In this document: one piece after another, positions 1 to 12,900 of the stretch
Layout: every line of letters begins with the position of its first letter
Position numbering within the stretch: the stretch's first letter is position 1
Assembly (NCBI GenBank): GCA_000320545.1
Contig: ADNK01000976.1
Location: forward strand, 40,626 to 104,625
Source: Bigelowiella natans CCMP2755
Lineage: Eukaryota; Protista; Cercozoa
DNA length: 64,000 bases
Direction: 5' to 3'
Program-made: the position numbers and the translations under genes
Notes under the pieces: generated by a model
Told to the model about the DNA's origin: nothing
Databases searched by the model: none
Seen by the model: only the letters and a program-made list of their open reading frames with translations

Positions 1-548
1 CGTATCGTAGCGTGCGCACGCACGCAATGCGCTTTAGCTAGATCGCAGATGTGCGCAGTGCGCGCCTAGACGTACGTACTTGTGCAGTTGTGCAGCTCTA
101 GAGCTCACGTATCGTACGCAGCGGCGGCCGCATTTTATTAGTATTGCGTATAATAATGATATAATGATGATCGATGAAATGCAAATGTGAGCATATATCC
201 GCCTGGTGCGACGACGCTTAGTGCGACTAAATATAAATGGACACAACGTACACAACTCTAGGACTAGACAAGCTATACGCGCTGCTTTGCATAGCTAGAT
301 AGCAACATTAGGATCATCACTGAAAGATTTGGATCAAATTATTGCATCCGTCTCTACATACATGCGGCTGCTGTATGTATACGACCAGACGTTCACTCGC
401 GCACGCATGCTACAGCATGGACATGGTAGTAAGCGTATGAAACAAGGAAGCATCTACTTGCATAACTCGATACGATGCGATGAAACTGCGATACCTAATG
501 ACATTCAAGTTACACACGCATCCAATGTAACATCCTGCGCTACATGAT
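1..548. other. CTAG/palindrome-rich 3'-end zone downstream of CCDC39
   Basis: AGCTCTAGAGCT at 94-105, ACGTACGT, GCATGC and repeated CTAG; no credible ORF. Confidence 0.6.
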
Positions 549-3500
549 CTAGTAGCCAGATCTACTTCCAGACCTACTACCAGTCCTCTTTACACTACCC
601 CTGAAACCAGCGCCTACTTTCCCTCGAGAACTAAGCCGCCCGCTATCATTTCCTACTTTTACTGTCGGCAAGATGGATTTCCCCTCTCCCTTGGAGCCTT
701 CTCTCCATCTAGACCTATAATCCTGTTGGGAAGAAGAGGGACGGCTCGAAGAGGGACGGCTCGCTCGTGATATAGGGCGAGAAGGCAACGGAACTCCAAT
801 ATTTGAGAGAGTTTCTGCCAAAACATGCTGCAAACCGTCGTCTTTGAACTGTGGTACATCTTCACCTAACTTTGCGAATATCTCCAATAGCAACCTATTC
901 TTCTGCTTCAGATGGAGATACTGAATGTACTCTCTGACACCCTTCTTCTTTTGTTTGAATGTATCACTAAGCTGTTGATCAATATCTGATAATTCTAGAG
1001 ATACCCTTTGCTGAATGGATTCTTGCTGCATCAATTGCTTCGTTATATTTTTGTTATCCTCTTTCATGTCTTTGATATCGATTTCCATGGCTGCGATTTC
1101 GTTAAGCGCTTGAGATAATGCGTGCTTCTTCTCCTCGTTTTCCTGTTGGATATCCTTCAGATTATTCTTTTTGGTATACAGTGCGTCCGAGACGGATCGA
1201 TGCTGCTCCTCAAGTTTCTCTTTGAGATCATACTCAGCCCCATTCACGTCAGCTTTGTACAACATGGACTTGTACTTGTCGTTTCTTTTATTCATTTTTA
1301 TCAAAGTTTTTGTTAGCATCCGAATATCTTTCTCCGCTGTCTTAATGCTTTCATTCAACTTATCTCCCTTGTCCTGCAATTCCTCTCTCTCTTGAGCAAC
1401 TTGAATGATGTAGTACGCCTGTGTTTTTTCCTCTTCTCCTGTTTTTTGAAATTTAGCATGAATAGATTCGTACTTCTGCTGAAGGCGCTGGGCCTTAATT
1501 TTTCGCTCCTTCAAGTCTACAGCAACATGATGTCTTGCATCTTCTGCTGCCTTCACTTCTCCCTTCTGAATATCTTGAAAGAGCTGTAATTCCTCCCTTC
1601 TGCTATTCATTTGCAACTTTAGCTCCATTTTCCTGCTACGAAGAGCAAAGATTTTATTGTTGTTTTCATCCATTTTCTCCTTCAACTTAGATACTTCGAG
1701 ATTGAGTACGCCATGTTCCATGGTAAGTTCCCTCTGTTTTTTTCTCGAATTCTTCAATTCGCGCTCAAAACTTCCACTTTCGAGTTCAATATTGTGCAAT
1801 TTTTCTGCCAAGATTTTTTGTTGTAATGTGGATTCTTTCAATTGCCTCTCGGCACTTTTGACCTCCGCATCTAGTCTTTTCACCTGGTGCATCATTTGAA
1901 CACATCCTTTGTCGTGCAACTCCATTTGCTCACGCAGCTCTTTGATAAGCTTATTCAGGGCTTCCGTCTCTTCAAATGAACGCTTTCCTGAAGCACGGTC
2001 TACTTTTCGCTCAAGCTGCTGCACCTGAAACTCGGTACCGTAAAGCATTTCTTGTTGTTTCATAGAGAGTCCATCCAACTTGTGGATCTTGGACAGAAGC
2101 ATTTTTGAGGCTTTTTGAGCACTATCAATTTCTGTTTCCGCATTCTTTCGTTTCACTTGCACATCCACAAGCTCCTTTTGCTGACGAAACAAGTTATTCT
2201 TCATAGACTCGAGCTCCTTGAACTTCGCCTGAAGTTGCTCTTCATTGCGCGCATGGAGCAGTTCAATTTGTTTTGACTTAGCAGAAATATCTTCCGTTTT
2301 CGAAATGAAAAATTCCATTTCTTTCCTTTTTTCCTCAAGCTCTACTTCCAATTGTTTCATCCGCTTTTCCTTCTCAATTTTGAGAACCTCGAAATTCTCC
2401 TTCTCTTCGACAGCTTTATTGACCTCTGCATGTGCCTGAAGGAGTTCATTTCGCACGGTTGACAGCTCCTCTTCAAGCTCTGCCAATCCAGATTTATTTC
2501 TTCGCAGCAAATCTCGGCACTTCTCGACACTTCTCTGGCTGGAATCTATAGCAACTTGGGCCTGACTATTGTTAATTTCTTCCTGTTCCAGAAATATCTT
2601 ATTCTTCCTCATTTTCTGCGTCCAGCTTCGCAACTCTCCTTGCTGTTTTTCCACCAATTCCTTTGTTCTTTTGATATCTTCGTCGCGCCGTGCCATAGCT
2701 TGCACGGCGTCATTCCATTGCGCGATAAGCCCCTGTCTCCCTTCGTGAGCATCTCTATACTCATCTGCGGTTTTATTTAACTCGATCTGAACTGCCTGGG
2801 TCTCGGTTACCTCCTGTTCAAATTTATTTCTTTGTGTCACCATATCTCTAGTAACTCTTTCTTTTTGCAGCACAAGAGAATTTATCTTCTTGTTATCCAT
2901 AGCTTTATATCTTTCCACAGCTTTTCGATCCTCTTCTTTCTGCTTGGCTGCCAGTGACCATTGTAATAGTTCCTCCTGATTCCAGTTCATCTGCATCCTG
3001 AATTTTTCCAGCTTCTCGTGGGATTGGAATTGCTCTGCTTGGAGGACGTTGATATTTCCCTCGAGGTTCAGGATGCTCTTCTCCGCAGATTTCTGCGTAG
3101 CTTCCATCCGGCTAATTTCAAGTTGTGCCATTCTTCTCAAGTGTTTTTCAGTTTCAATCTCTTTCATTTTAGTATCAACTAGACTTTGTGTATGCAGAAG
3201 TTCTTGCTCAACATTCTTGAGGTGGTCTGTCATAATTCCCACACGGGTGGTGTTATCTTCAAGCTTATCCTCATAGCTGCTCAACGTCCTTTCCAGGGCA
3301 TTCACCTTTAGATTAAGGGCCTTGTTTTGCTCATTAGCGAAGGGAGCTCCAGCTAGAGTTTCTCCGTCATCATCATCATCATCACTGAAACGTTAAAAAT
3401 AAGGCGTTAGCAATCAAGGTCTTGATGAATGTAGATAATGTTAAATTTACGCACTCGCTATCTGAGACCGTGCTAGGACCGAGGCCTAGCTCAGCTAGCC

Positions 3501-3672
3501 CCCTGGCAATCTCCTCGGGGAGTCCAGTTTTTTCATCAACAACCTCTTCAAAGTCACCCAAGCTTTCAATCTGACAAAGCAAAATGAACGATTCAGTACC
3601 ACTGTTCTTCCTAAAAAAGATTGTAACTTATGAGAGTAATGCCTTGGCGTCGTTGGAAGGGTCGCTGCTCAT
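549..3672 (-). CDS. CCDC39: Coiled-coil domain-containing protein 39 (axonemal 96-nm ruler); 3 exons (3643-3672, ~3454-3570, 549-~3385)
   Basis: The 918-aa coiled-coil ORF has CCDC39-like segments (MNWNQEELLQWSLAAKQKEED, KTQAYYIIQVAQEREELQDKGDKL). The upstream frame reads APFANEQNKALNLK. Spliced N-terminus is MSSDPSNDAK|IESLGDF...; intron 1 is GC-AG. Confidence 0.9.
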
Positions 3673-4179
3673 TTCCTACTATCCTCCTTGTTTACTCCCT
3701 TTTTCGAAGATGTAGAGACTCACTCCCCTGTGCTGTGGTCTTGCCAATGTCCGGGGTGAGGTTGGGGGTGCGACCGAATGGCGTTCGTTTTTGGTCGTTT
3801 CCGTTTCCCCCCTAATCCGACCATAATTGCTGCTAAAATTCCTAAATCCCCTACATTTTTTGCGTTGCTCATGCGGATCTCAACAGATCTCTCAGAGATC
3901 GTCGACGCGACGGTAACGGGAGAACCTTTGCAATTTGACCGTGCGACAAATGTATGTGCACAAAAGGTGTGGTTTCTGGTGTGTGCGACAACCCCTCTTG
4001 CTTCCTAAATCTTGAGTCTGTGAAGACTCTCAAAAGGCGAAACGATTCGCGCCAGAAGGTTCATGCCTGATTCCATGGAATGGAGTGGGACTGAGTTGGT
4101 TCTTTTGGGGTCGTTTAAGATGGAGTCTCTGTTCCTTACTTTATTGTAAACTTAGGTCTACCTTTGAGGCAAAGCAACA
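3673..4179. promoter_or_regulatory. Bidirectional promoter region CCDC39 <> IFT27
   Basis: ~500 nt between divergent start codons; TGCGACA at 3942-3948 and 3984-3990. Confidence 0.6.
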
Positions 4180-5009
4180 ATGGAAAAAGCGCACAGGACA
4201 CTAAGGTGCAAAGTCGCCGTTGTAGGTCGGTTACTGGATCTCTACTTCTGAATAAATCCTCGAATGAAATATATGATTTGGATTGATAAGGTGATGTGGC
4301 CGTTGGTAAAACTGCCCTTGCAACACAATTCTGTGACAGTGTGTCTAAGTTCCCCAAAAATTATATAATGGTAATAAAACCGTCTTTTCAGCTGTTATAT
4401 TTGTTGTGATTGTGGAAACATTTTGGCCTTCAGACAAGAGGACTTTCCTTGAATGTGAAGAAAGTTAACATACCCGATACAAATACAGTGGTAGAGTTAT
4501 TTCTGTTCGACACAGGAGGGCACGAAGCGTACAACAGTCTCCACAATCTTTACGTAAGTATCCGCCACTCCCGACTACTGTCCAATCCTGTGAAATCTGA
4601 TACAAAAACATTTTGTTAGTGGAGCGGGTCGTCGATGATAATGCTAGTTTTCGATATGGCCAATCAAAAATCGTTTGAAGATTGCGCGGACTGGTTCAAA
4701 AAGTACAAGGAGATAGTCGATCCGATCCCAGTAAAAGGTGGATCATCTAAATATATTTTTGTGATAATCCTGACAGTCCTCCATCATACAGGGGTATTAG
4801 TAGGAACTAAAGCGGATCTTAAAGAAGAAAACGCAGTAATGGTGAATGCGGCAGAGGTGATAGATTTCGCAAATAGCAAAAAGTTGCGCTACTTCGAGAC
4901 ATCAGCTAAGGAGGGACGCGACGTCGAAGCTCCTTTCCATTTCATTGCGAACGTCTTCTATAATCAATATGAAGAAGAAATAAAGCATTTAAAAGCTGGA
5001 ATAGAATGA
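4180..5009 (+). CDS. IFT27: Intraflagellar transport protein 27 (Rab-like GTPase RABL4), multi-exon
   Basis: Spliced sequence MEKAHRTLRCKVAVVG|DVAVGKTALATQF...FPKNYIM|T...IPDTNTVVELFLFDTGG...GVLVGTKADL...YFETSAKEGRDVEAPF. FPKNY and IPDT..VELFLFD are IFT27-like, and there is no C-terminal prenylation Cys. Confidence 0.9.
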
Positions 5010-5109
5010 ATCAGTTGTTGACGACATGTCTATTGTGTTCATCAAAGTCGACACTACATTGAAACCCAACTAGCCAATGACAGCATCCTGTTGAAAGAAT
5101 ATCTTGTTC

Positions 5110-5833
5110 TCAACTAGTCAAGTTGAATTCTGCATGTGCATGTGTGCGTGTGTGCCTTCACTCGTTGCGATGCGATTGATCAACTCTAGAGCTAGCCTGG
5201 AAAGAACGTACATGTGAGGGAGAGACGTAGCGTGCAAAAGAAAGGCTACTCAGTGAATGCACAAACATGGTACTACTATACAGTTGCAGCATCGTAGGAC
5301 AACGCTGTGGCGCACCATCATCGTACCTATGCTAGGTAGATAAGTGTCCGTAGACGTAGCGTAGCATCGATCAGTCAACAATCAATCCAAAAATCTGCTG
5401 GTTGGCGCGGTATGAAATAAGTGGTAACTGAATTACCAATGCTCAAATTGTCCATGTTATTAGCACATGCACGCAGATAAAAGTGTCCTGATAGCGCAGA
5501 GCATCACATTGCATAATTTCACGTGCACCTCGCGACCATGTGCACATGCACATGCACACGCGTATGTACACAGTCGCTGCTCTGCATAGCTACATTCTGA
5601 ATGTTGAAAAAATGTAAGTAGTTTCATTACACCTGTCTCACGTATATAGGTATTCATGCAATGCTACTTGTCATAGCTAGCGCAGCTCTAGATGTATGAG
5701 TATCTACAATACTTAAAGAAGCAACACAATGTATGGCACTAAATGGGAAACACACGCGCAGCCATAGCACAACCTAGCTAGCTAGGCGTATTATACTGTA
5801 GCTAGGATGATAGTTACAAGGAGCACTTCAACT
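5110..5833. other. CTAG/palindrome-rich convergent intergenic zone (IFT27 >< Sel1 gene)
   Basis: CTCTAGAGCTAG at 5184-5195, AGCTCTAGA at 5684-5692, CCTAGCTAGCTAGG at 5773-5786, and TGCACA runs. Confidence 0.65.
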
Positions 5834-5975
5834 TTATTTTTGGACCACAGAAACAGAAAAGGTTCGCTGTTTCTCTACTTTCGGGGAACAAACGGAAGCA
5901 TGACGGAACAAAAGCTTTGCCTTCTTTAGGTCCCTTCCACCTGCTCAGACATAATATAGAAATACATATATGTAA

Positions 5976-6018
<43 letters not shown>

Positions 6019-6186
6019 TTACGTCGACTTTATCAACTGATGGACACTATTAAAGAGTAGCAAGAAATAAGTTTAAGTATCGAAATGACTCTCTTCTTCA
6101 ACTTTCATAATCCATTTATCCATGTTTTCCAAACCTTCAACATCACCATTTGCGTAAAGCACGCCTAGATTATACCTGAGTAAAGG

Positions 6187-6223
<37 letters not shown>

Positions 6224-7966
6224 ATCCTTCACCATCAGTAAACACAACGCATTTTTTGTTTTTTTTACGAACAGTGCTCGTTGATCGCCCCTCTTGGCTG
6301 CCCGTGTGTACCACTTGCACGCTTTTCGTTTTCTCATCGCCTAGAGTCAAAATTCAAAGTTAAATCCAACCGCGAAGAGGTCTTTCACGAATGATAACTA
6401 AATCAAGATGTTGGGTGACAACAGCGAGGTCATCAAATGGTTGGTACGATATCAATGGAGAAAAGAGAGACTCGAAAGATGTCCATTAATATTTAACGAG
6501 ATACTTCGTAATAAAAGGGCCCATACCTCCTCCTGCTGCAATAGGCCAGAATCAAAGAGCACGCCCAGATTATACATTGACGCAACCTGAAATTTATTGC
6601 AATGAGCAATATTTCAATGAAGCATCTCGTCTTCGTGTGCATACTTTTTACTAAATGTGAAAGAAAACAGAGTAAGAAGAATTAGGGTCTGTCTTACGTG
6701 GCCTTTCTTAGCTGCCCTCTTGTACAAACTACATGCCATCCTTAGATTCTTTTCTTTCTCATCACAGCAGCTATTTTGGCCTTCATTCTCACCACCACCC
6801 TTCGTTGCAAACAATCCCTCCCCACCCTGTGCGGATCGGTCTGCTGCTCCTTGCCGATGAAACAGCCGGCCGAGGTTGTACATCGCGTTGATGTGGCCTC
6901 CTCTCACAGCAAGCTCGAGTAGCGAACGAGTAGCGCCTCGGCCAAACTTCGGCTCTCCGTTGCCTGGTGCGTGCACGAGTGATCGATTCAGAACGTGGAC
7001 GGTGTGAGGGCGATTAATCATCGATCGGGGCATGGTAGCATGGGGCCTACACGCACAACACCACACCTTGCATGGAGGATGAAGTGAGAGCTAGATTGTA
7101 ATGTGCGCTCGGGTCGCCCGCGTCGGAGGCCATTTGGAAGTAGAACTCGATGGACGATTCACGGTCTTCCCGCTTATCAACAGCTTGGAAGCATGCAGTA
7201 CCTTACAATCCCATCAGAGACATCTTCAGAATCGCTGGTATGAATTGAGAGTAAATTGGGGGAGGGGGGGGGGTTGGATTTCTTCGCTCTTATGTCCGGT
7301 TGTTTGCTCCTGTCGCTTCCTCTGTTTTGGCACTCATCATCATCATCATCATCATCACCATCATCATCATCACCATGATCGTCGTCAGTTTCAATGCCAC
7401 TTCGCTGTGCGGCGCTTTCGCTTCTCCCAAAGCAAGCCTTGTCGTCGGCGGTGCCATTGATATTCAGGGACTCTTCCCCCTCTTCTTTTTTTCCTCCTCC
7501 TCCTCGAGACTTCGGAAGGAAGGAAAGGCAAACTCCCAGGTTGTAGCAGGCACGAGGATGTCGTAAATTGGCAGCCTAAATAGTCCACAATAATGCATGA
7601 GAATGCCGAAACAATACTACGAAGGTTCATCGCTTGCCAGTGATCAAGACAGGCCGGTAGATAGAACAATGGCGCAACACGCAATGCAAAAAACAAACAA
7701 ACAAACAGACATTGGGTACCTCCTCGAATGCGGAAATCGCGAGCTGCAGCATGCCTCTTCCGAGATAGATAATGCCCAACATGTACCAGTAGCCGCCATC
7801 CTTGGTATGCTCTGGCAGGGGGGTCGCCTTTTCGGCCTATTAACAACCATACGAACAACAATGATTGCTATTGCACGGGAGGTGGTGCGTGGTGCCTGCT
7901 GTGTACAAAGATCGTGTAGAAATATGAAATCGGCGAATATGTTAATGGGTAACCGACATATTAAAA

Positions 7967-8043
<77 letters not shown>

Positions 8044-8376
8044 GTGTGTGTGCAATGATGTTATACCCTCTTCTTATTGAGATACAGCTCCTGCAACTTA
8101 GAGTTGGCAATTCCAAGCCCTGATCGAATTATTCAATTGAAGAAGAAGAAGAAAACGACGATTCTCATATGCGGGTATACTATATTTTAGACTGGCATTA
8201 CAACAGCACTTTGAACGGTAGAGTGAGATGCAATCGGATGCTACAAACATACACACAACAGAAATGGCGACTAGACAACCCAGCTTGAGGGAGAAAGTCT
8301 CTTGACTAAACTTATCATTTAACAAGTGTAAAAGCTTTGTTCCGAGCCCTTCTAGTCGTTCTCAACACGCAAAGGC

Positions 8377-8407
<31 letters not shown>

Positions 8408-8540
8408 ACCGGACGGACCGAGAGCTGAAGCTGCCTCGTACATCAATCTGGCCTTTCTCTGCGCTCGATGTGTTCCGTACCCATATCTTGGCAGCAGAAC
8501 GAGTACCGTTGTCCAAGAAATCGCACACACACGCACACAC

Positions 8541-8604
<64 letters not shown>

Positions 8605-9891
8605 GGAGGAGGAGGAGGAGGGGGAGGAGGAGGAGGAGCAGCAGCAACAACACGGCAGCATCAGATGATTAATAATACACTGATCGTGAGAATCAATCAT
8701 ATGTCGTATCGTACTCTAAACATATCCCTGCCGCGAAAAGAATTTTTGCTTGGATTTTCCTGAGATCTTTACGCCGCTGCTGCTGCCCTGTTGATGAACC
8801 AGAGAGGGTGGCGCCCTTCTGCCTCGCCCCGTTTTCATACGGAGAATGACCGATTCCTTTGTTTTTGCCGGATGCTTTTGGGGAGGGGGTGAGAAGTGAC
8901 TCCGCCACTGGTTTCAACAGAGACATTACTTGTCGCGAGCGTGTCTTTTCATCCGTCCTCGTCCCTAGGTGTGTGACCAAGAAAGAAGAACGAGGAGAAG
9001 GAGGAGGAGGAGTTGATGTTTATTATGTTGCATCCTTTTCGAACCGACTGACTCTCAACGTGACAGACATAACCTTTCATTTTATAGCCCACTATTGCTA
9101 CTAATACTGCTACTACTACTGCTACTACTACTACTACTACTACACCATTGCAACAAAAACCAACTTATTCGCAACAATGGACACTACTACACAGCACGAT
9201 GCGGATGGTGAAAGAATGAATGATTGAATAGAATGCTGCTATATGCACGGGTGCAGTCTCGACCAAATCCAAGGAAGTAGCACATCGCTAGTTTGAAGAC
9301 AGCCTTTAATTTCGAGATCGTTCCATCGCAAGGGCGCTCCTCCTCGCTTCTGCTCTGCTGCTGCTGCTGCTGCTGCTGCCTTGGTGCTGCTCCTGCAGAG
9401 GAATGAAAAGCTTTACTACTATCGGCATCGTCTTTGTCTTTGGCCTGGCGCGTTTTCTCGATGTTGTTGCCCCCCCCTTCTGTCGACGATGCGGATAGCT
9501 TGCAGCAGCCTTTGTCTTCTCCAATAGCAGCCCGTGACTCAAGCTTCCTCACGAAGTCGCGTTTTCTTTCTTCCCGTGGCTTTATATTGCATCCGCACGT
9601 AATCATTATTTTGGCACATATTTAAGCCGTCTTTCCGTAAAGGAGCATCATCTTATGTAGCTGCACGATACCACCACCACTACTGCTACTGCTACTACTG
9701 CCACTACTACTATCACACACCATTACCAGAGACGATTGAGTGCAGTTGAGATCAACAGTCCCTTCTTCTTCATGGCTACTATAAGGAGCTTTGCTGTTAA
9801 TTGCGCTACCAGAGATCTTGGAAAACTCAGCAATAATTTCTAAGATAAAACAATCATATTTTCCGGGTGAATACTGTAAAACCTAACCCCG

Positions 9892-9938
<47 letters not shown>

Positions 9939-12900
9939 ACCATCTCCTTCGCTTCTATTTCCCTTTATCCTCCTCCTCCTCCTCCTCCTCCTCCTCCTCC
10001 TCCTACCTGGATCGATGTTCTCCCATAAATACATCATGACAGGACTATATCCAGCCCCATTCATTGGAAGAAGCAAACACTGCTGCTGCTGCTGCTGCTG
10101 CTTCTTCGGCATCCTCGAACGTTGGCCAATATCGTTGCCTCGACAACTGCTGCTGCTGCTGCTACTGCTACTCTCACCGCACCCACTCGATATTCGTCTT
10201 CTTTTCCTCCCGCTCGTTTCGTGGATCAGCCCCTCCCTGCTCCTTCTTTTGTTGTCTCGGCCACAGCACAGTTCATAAGGATGGGACTTTTGGTGTGGAG
10301 GGTAGCTGATGCCTGTATATTTTGCATTTTTGTGTTAAATGGCAGGGGAGGGGTGCTTGGTGAGCGATGAGAGTGGAAAGAAGAGTGAGCATTGATGCTT
10401 CGGACAGCGATGCCATGTAGTATATGATATAGTTGGTCTAGGCTTCTATCCAGATACATTTTTGGTCTTCTTGCCGACAATTTATGATTACTCTCTTCTT
10501 ACCCTGGCTAAAGCACTCCAAGCAGAGCTCGAGGCCCAAGCATACCTTTTCATCGACGCATGGTCCATGAAGTCAGTAGTTGCACGTGGTATGACGACAC
10601 AGGTATATATTGGTTGGAACGTCCCTATACTATTCATGTTGTGTGTTTTGATGCATATTCGGATATAAATATTTAATGATATTCTAGATGTATCGTGGTG
10701 CTTTGCACTTATACCACACGCTCCAATGGCCATGTTTGTAGGAAAGAAATGCACAAATTGAGCTTACCGTGCATCTTACCCCAACCCCGCCTCCGATATC
10801 TCTGCGGCAGAAAGCGCATTCCCTGTATGCATGTGAGTATGTGTGTGTGTGTGTGTGTACGTGTATGTGTTACGGGGAGATCGTCTGTGTTAATGGAAAC
10901 AAGCACTTCTTTTTATCTCATGTGCAACGATACGTTATCAAATATGGTTTGTATTTATAAATGGTAACTGTAGTCATGGATGGCGAAGATGGTTGCATTC
11001 AAAACGTAAGGAAATCGATTCATCGGTGCAGCACATACCCTGGTTTTGGCCGTTCGAGCGAAACTTTGCCTTATTGTAGAATAAGGCATTTAGCACGCTC
11101 GGATTCTCTCAAATAAAGTGCGCACATGCATCGCAAGCTACGGTTATATATACGCATGGAATGATGCTTCGAGTAGAGCCACACCTAGCGATTTCTTCAT
11201 GCGCTTTTTCCTTACACATGATGACGTCGAGCCGAGCTTCCCGTCATTGGGACCAGGCCGATGTTGCCTTAAATAAATATGTGGGAAATGCAAATCACGT
11301 CTCTTCAGCGCACAGAGGGAGTGCTGTCAGCACCTTGGAGATCCCATCTTCGATTTCGTCTGTAAAATGGAAAAAGTTAAATCACGGAGCAATATTATTG
11401 TAGTGTCATTCTCTGTTTGTGGGATAGAGCGAGACGTTCAAAGAAGTGCTGATGTGGCGACATGGAAGTTCGGCTCGATACAAAGATTTGTTGCCAGGAT
11501 ACAAAAAACGATGGCCGACAGTGCTACCAGCAATAATCACTATCATAATAGTGGTGGTGGTGGGTAGATTCGCTGCTGCTAGCTACCGGTGGTTTGTAGT
11601 GGACATTTCCATCGAACTCTATCAGATGGTCGATAACCTAAGAACAATTGTAGTAGCAAATCTGCCAATAGCGCGTATACACATGTATCTATCACATGTA
11701 TGTATATATCTGGTACATGCTTGCAAGTGTGTGGAAGGGGGGGGGGGCTGTTGTCCATCTTATAGAACCAGATTTTACAGTTACGTCATGATCATTGATT
11801 TCCTGCCTGTTGGGGAGTCTTGCATCCACGAAGACCTGCATGCCATTCTAACAGGCACAACGACAATGATAACATTGGCAATAGTAAAGAGTCAAATTAA
11901 GCACTAAGACCATTTACACATTGCGCGCGTGCGTTCGATCACATATATCAAAATTTTATGAGAAGAATATATGTCTGCGTGTGAGTTTATGTGCGTGACT
12001 GCTCCTCAAATTACTTTCTACTTCATTAAAATTTTCATCAGAATGCAGGTGTAGTGATGTTCAATAGCATAAATGATGGAGCTCTATGTTTTTATCGCTA
12101 TCAATCATGGTGTAGTTGTTGTTTCATCAGTACTGGATTGGTTGAACGATGGTCTTAACCATTCCCTGTCGTGTTTTTTTTCTGGAGATGAGACAGGGGG
12201 AGGGGAGACAAAAGAAAGTTAAAAAAAACACAGAAACAATATCCCGACAATAAAACTATTAAAGACAATATGCTGATTCTTCGTTCTGTTTCTCAAGGAA
12301 TATGAACGTCGCTACACTTGCCATGAATATTGTTCGAAAATCCAAGTTTTTACCTAAATCCTGGACGCACGGGATTACTTGCTAAGTTCAATGCAAAGGT
12401 CAAGGAAAAGAAAGGGCAGCAGAACGAAACAATTGATCAGGAAAGTTGCTACCTTGGAAACAATGAAACTTAAAAGAAAAAAGTGTCACGAGTGAGAAAT
12501 ACAATTAGTTCCTTCAAATCTACGACCTGAATCGAAAGGGAGGCTTTCAACTTTTCCAGCCATATTTTCCGAGAGTTTCCTCTCCCCTCGCTCCGGACCT
12601 GTCATCAAGAGGTAATGGATGGGAAAATAAAAATTGTTGCAACCCATAATACGTGAAAGATATTCGGCCTTGTAGCACATAATTGCTGAGGGTCCCTCGC
12701 ACAAACACACACACACAAACACACACATAAGTTTGTAAAATTTGCGTGCATGCTGCTGGTTTCTTTCTGCGTTTCAAGATGTCCGGTTCGCTGACAAATT
12801 CTTCTTCAATAGCGATTCAAGAGTGATTATTCGTGGTACTACCGCTTCCTCCGGGATCGCAGCTTCTATGTCAAAAAGCACGGCCTTTAGTACCTTAAAC

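Noticed and set aside
3673-4179. RFX X-box in ciliary promoters
   Set aside because: No GTTNCCATGGNAAC-like match is seen here or at 39627-40128.
8315-8763. Short ORFs such as poly-CV, poly-HT and poly-IY, and the many antisense ORFs within large genes
   Set aside because: They are translations of microsatellites or shadows of real coding sequence on the other strand.
9560-9662. In-frame TAA inside an apparent exon (LHKMMLLYGKTA*ICAK...) suggesting stop read-through
   Set aside because: A downstream in-phase AG (ataaag|CCA CGG GAA) skips the stop with ordinary splicing.
10573-10575. Genome-wide TGA=Trp reassignment
   Set aside because: TGA is the evident stop of IFT27, the antiporter, kinesin-2, CFAP20DC and NDK-AK, and the long ORFs use TGG for conserved Trp. 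It is kept only as a local anomaly.
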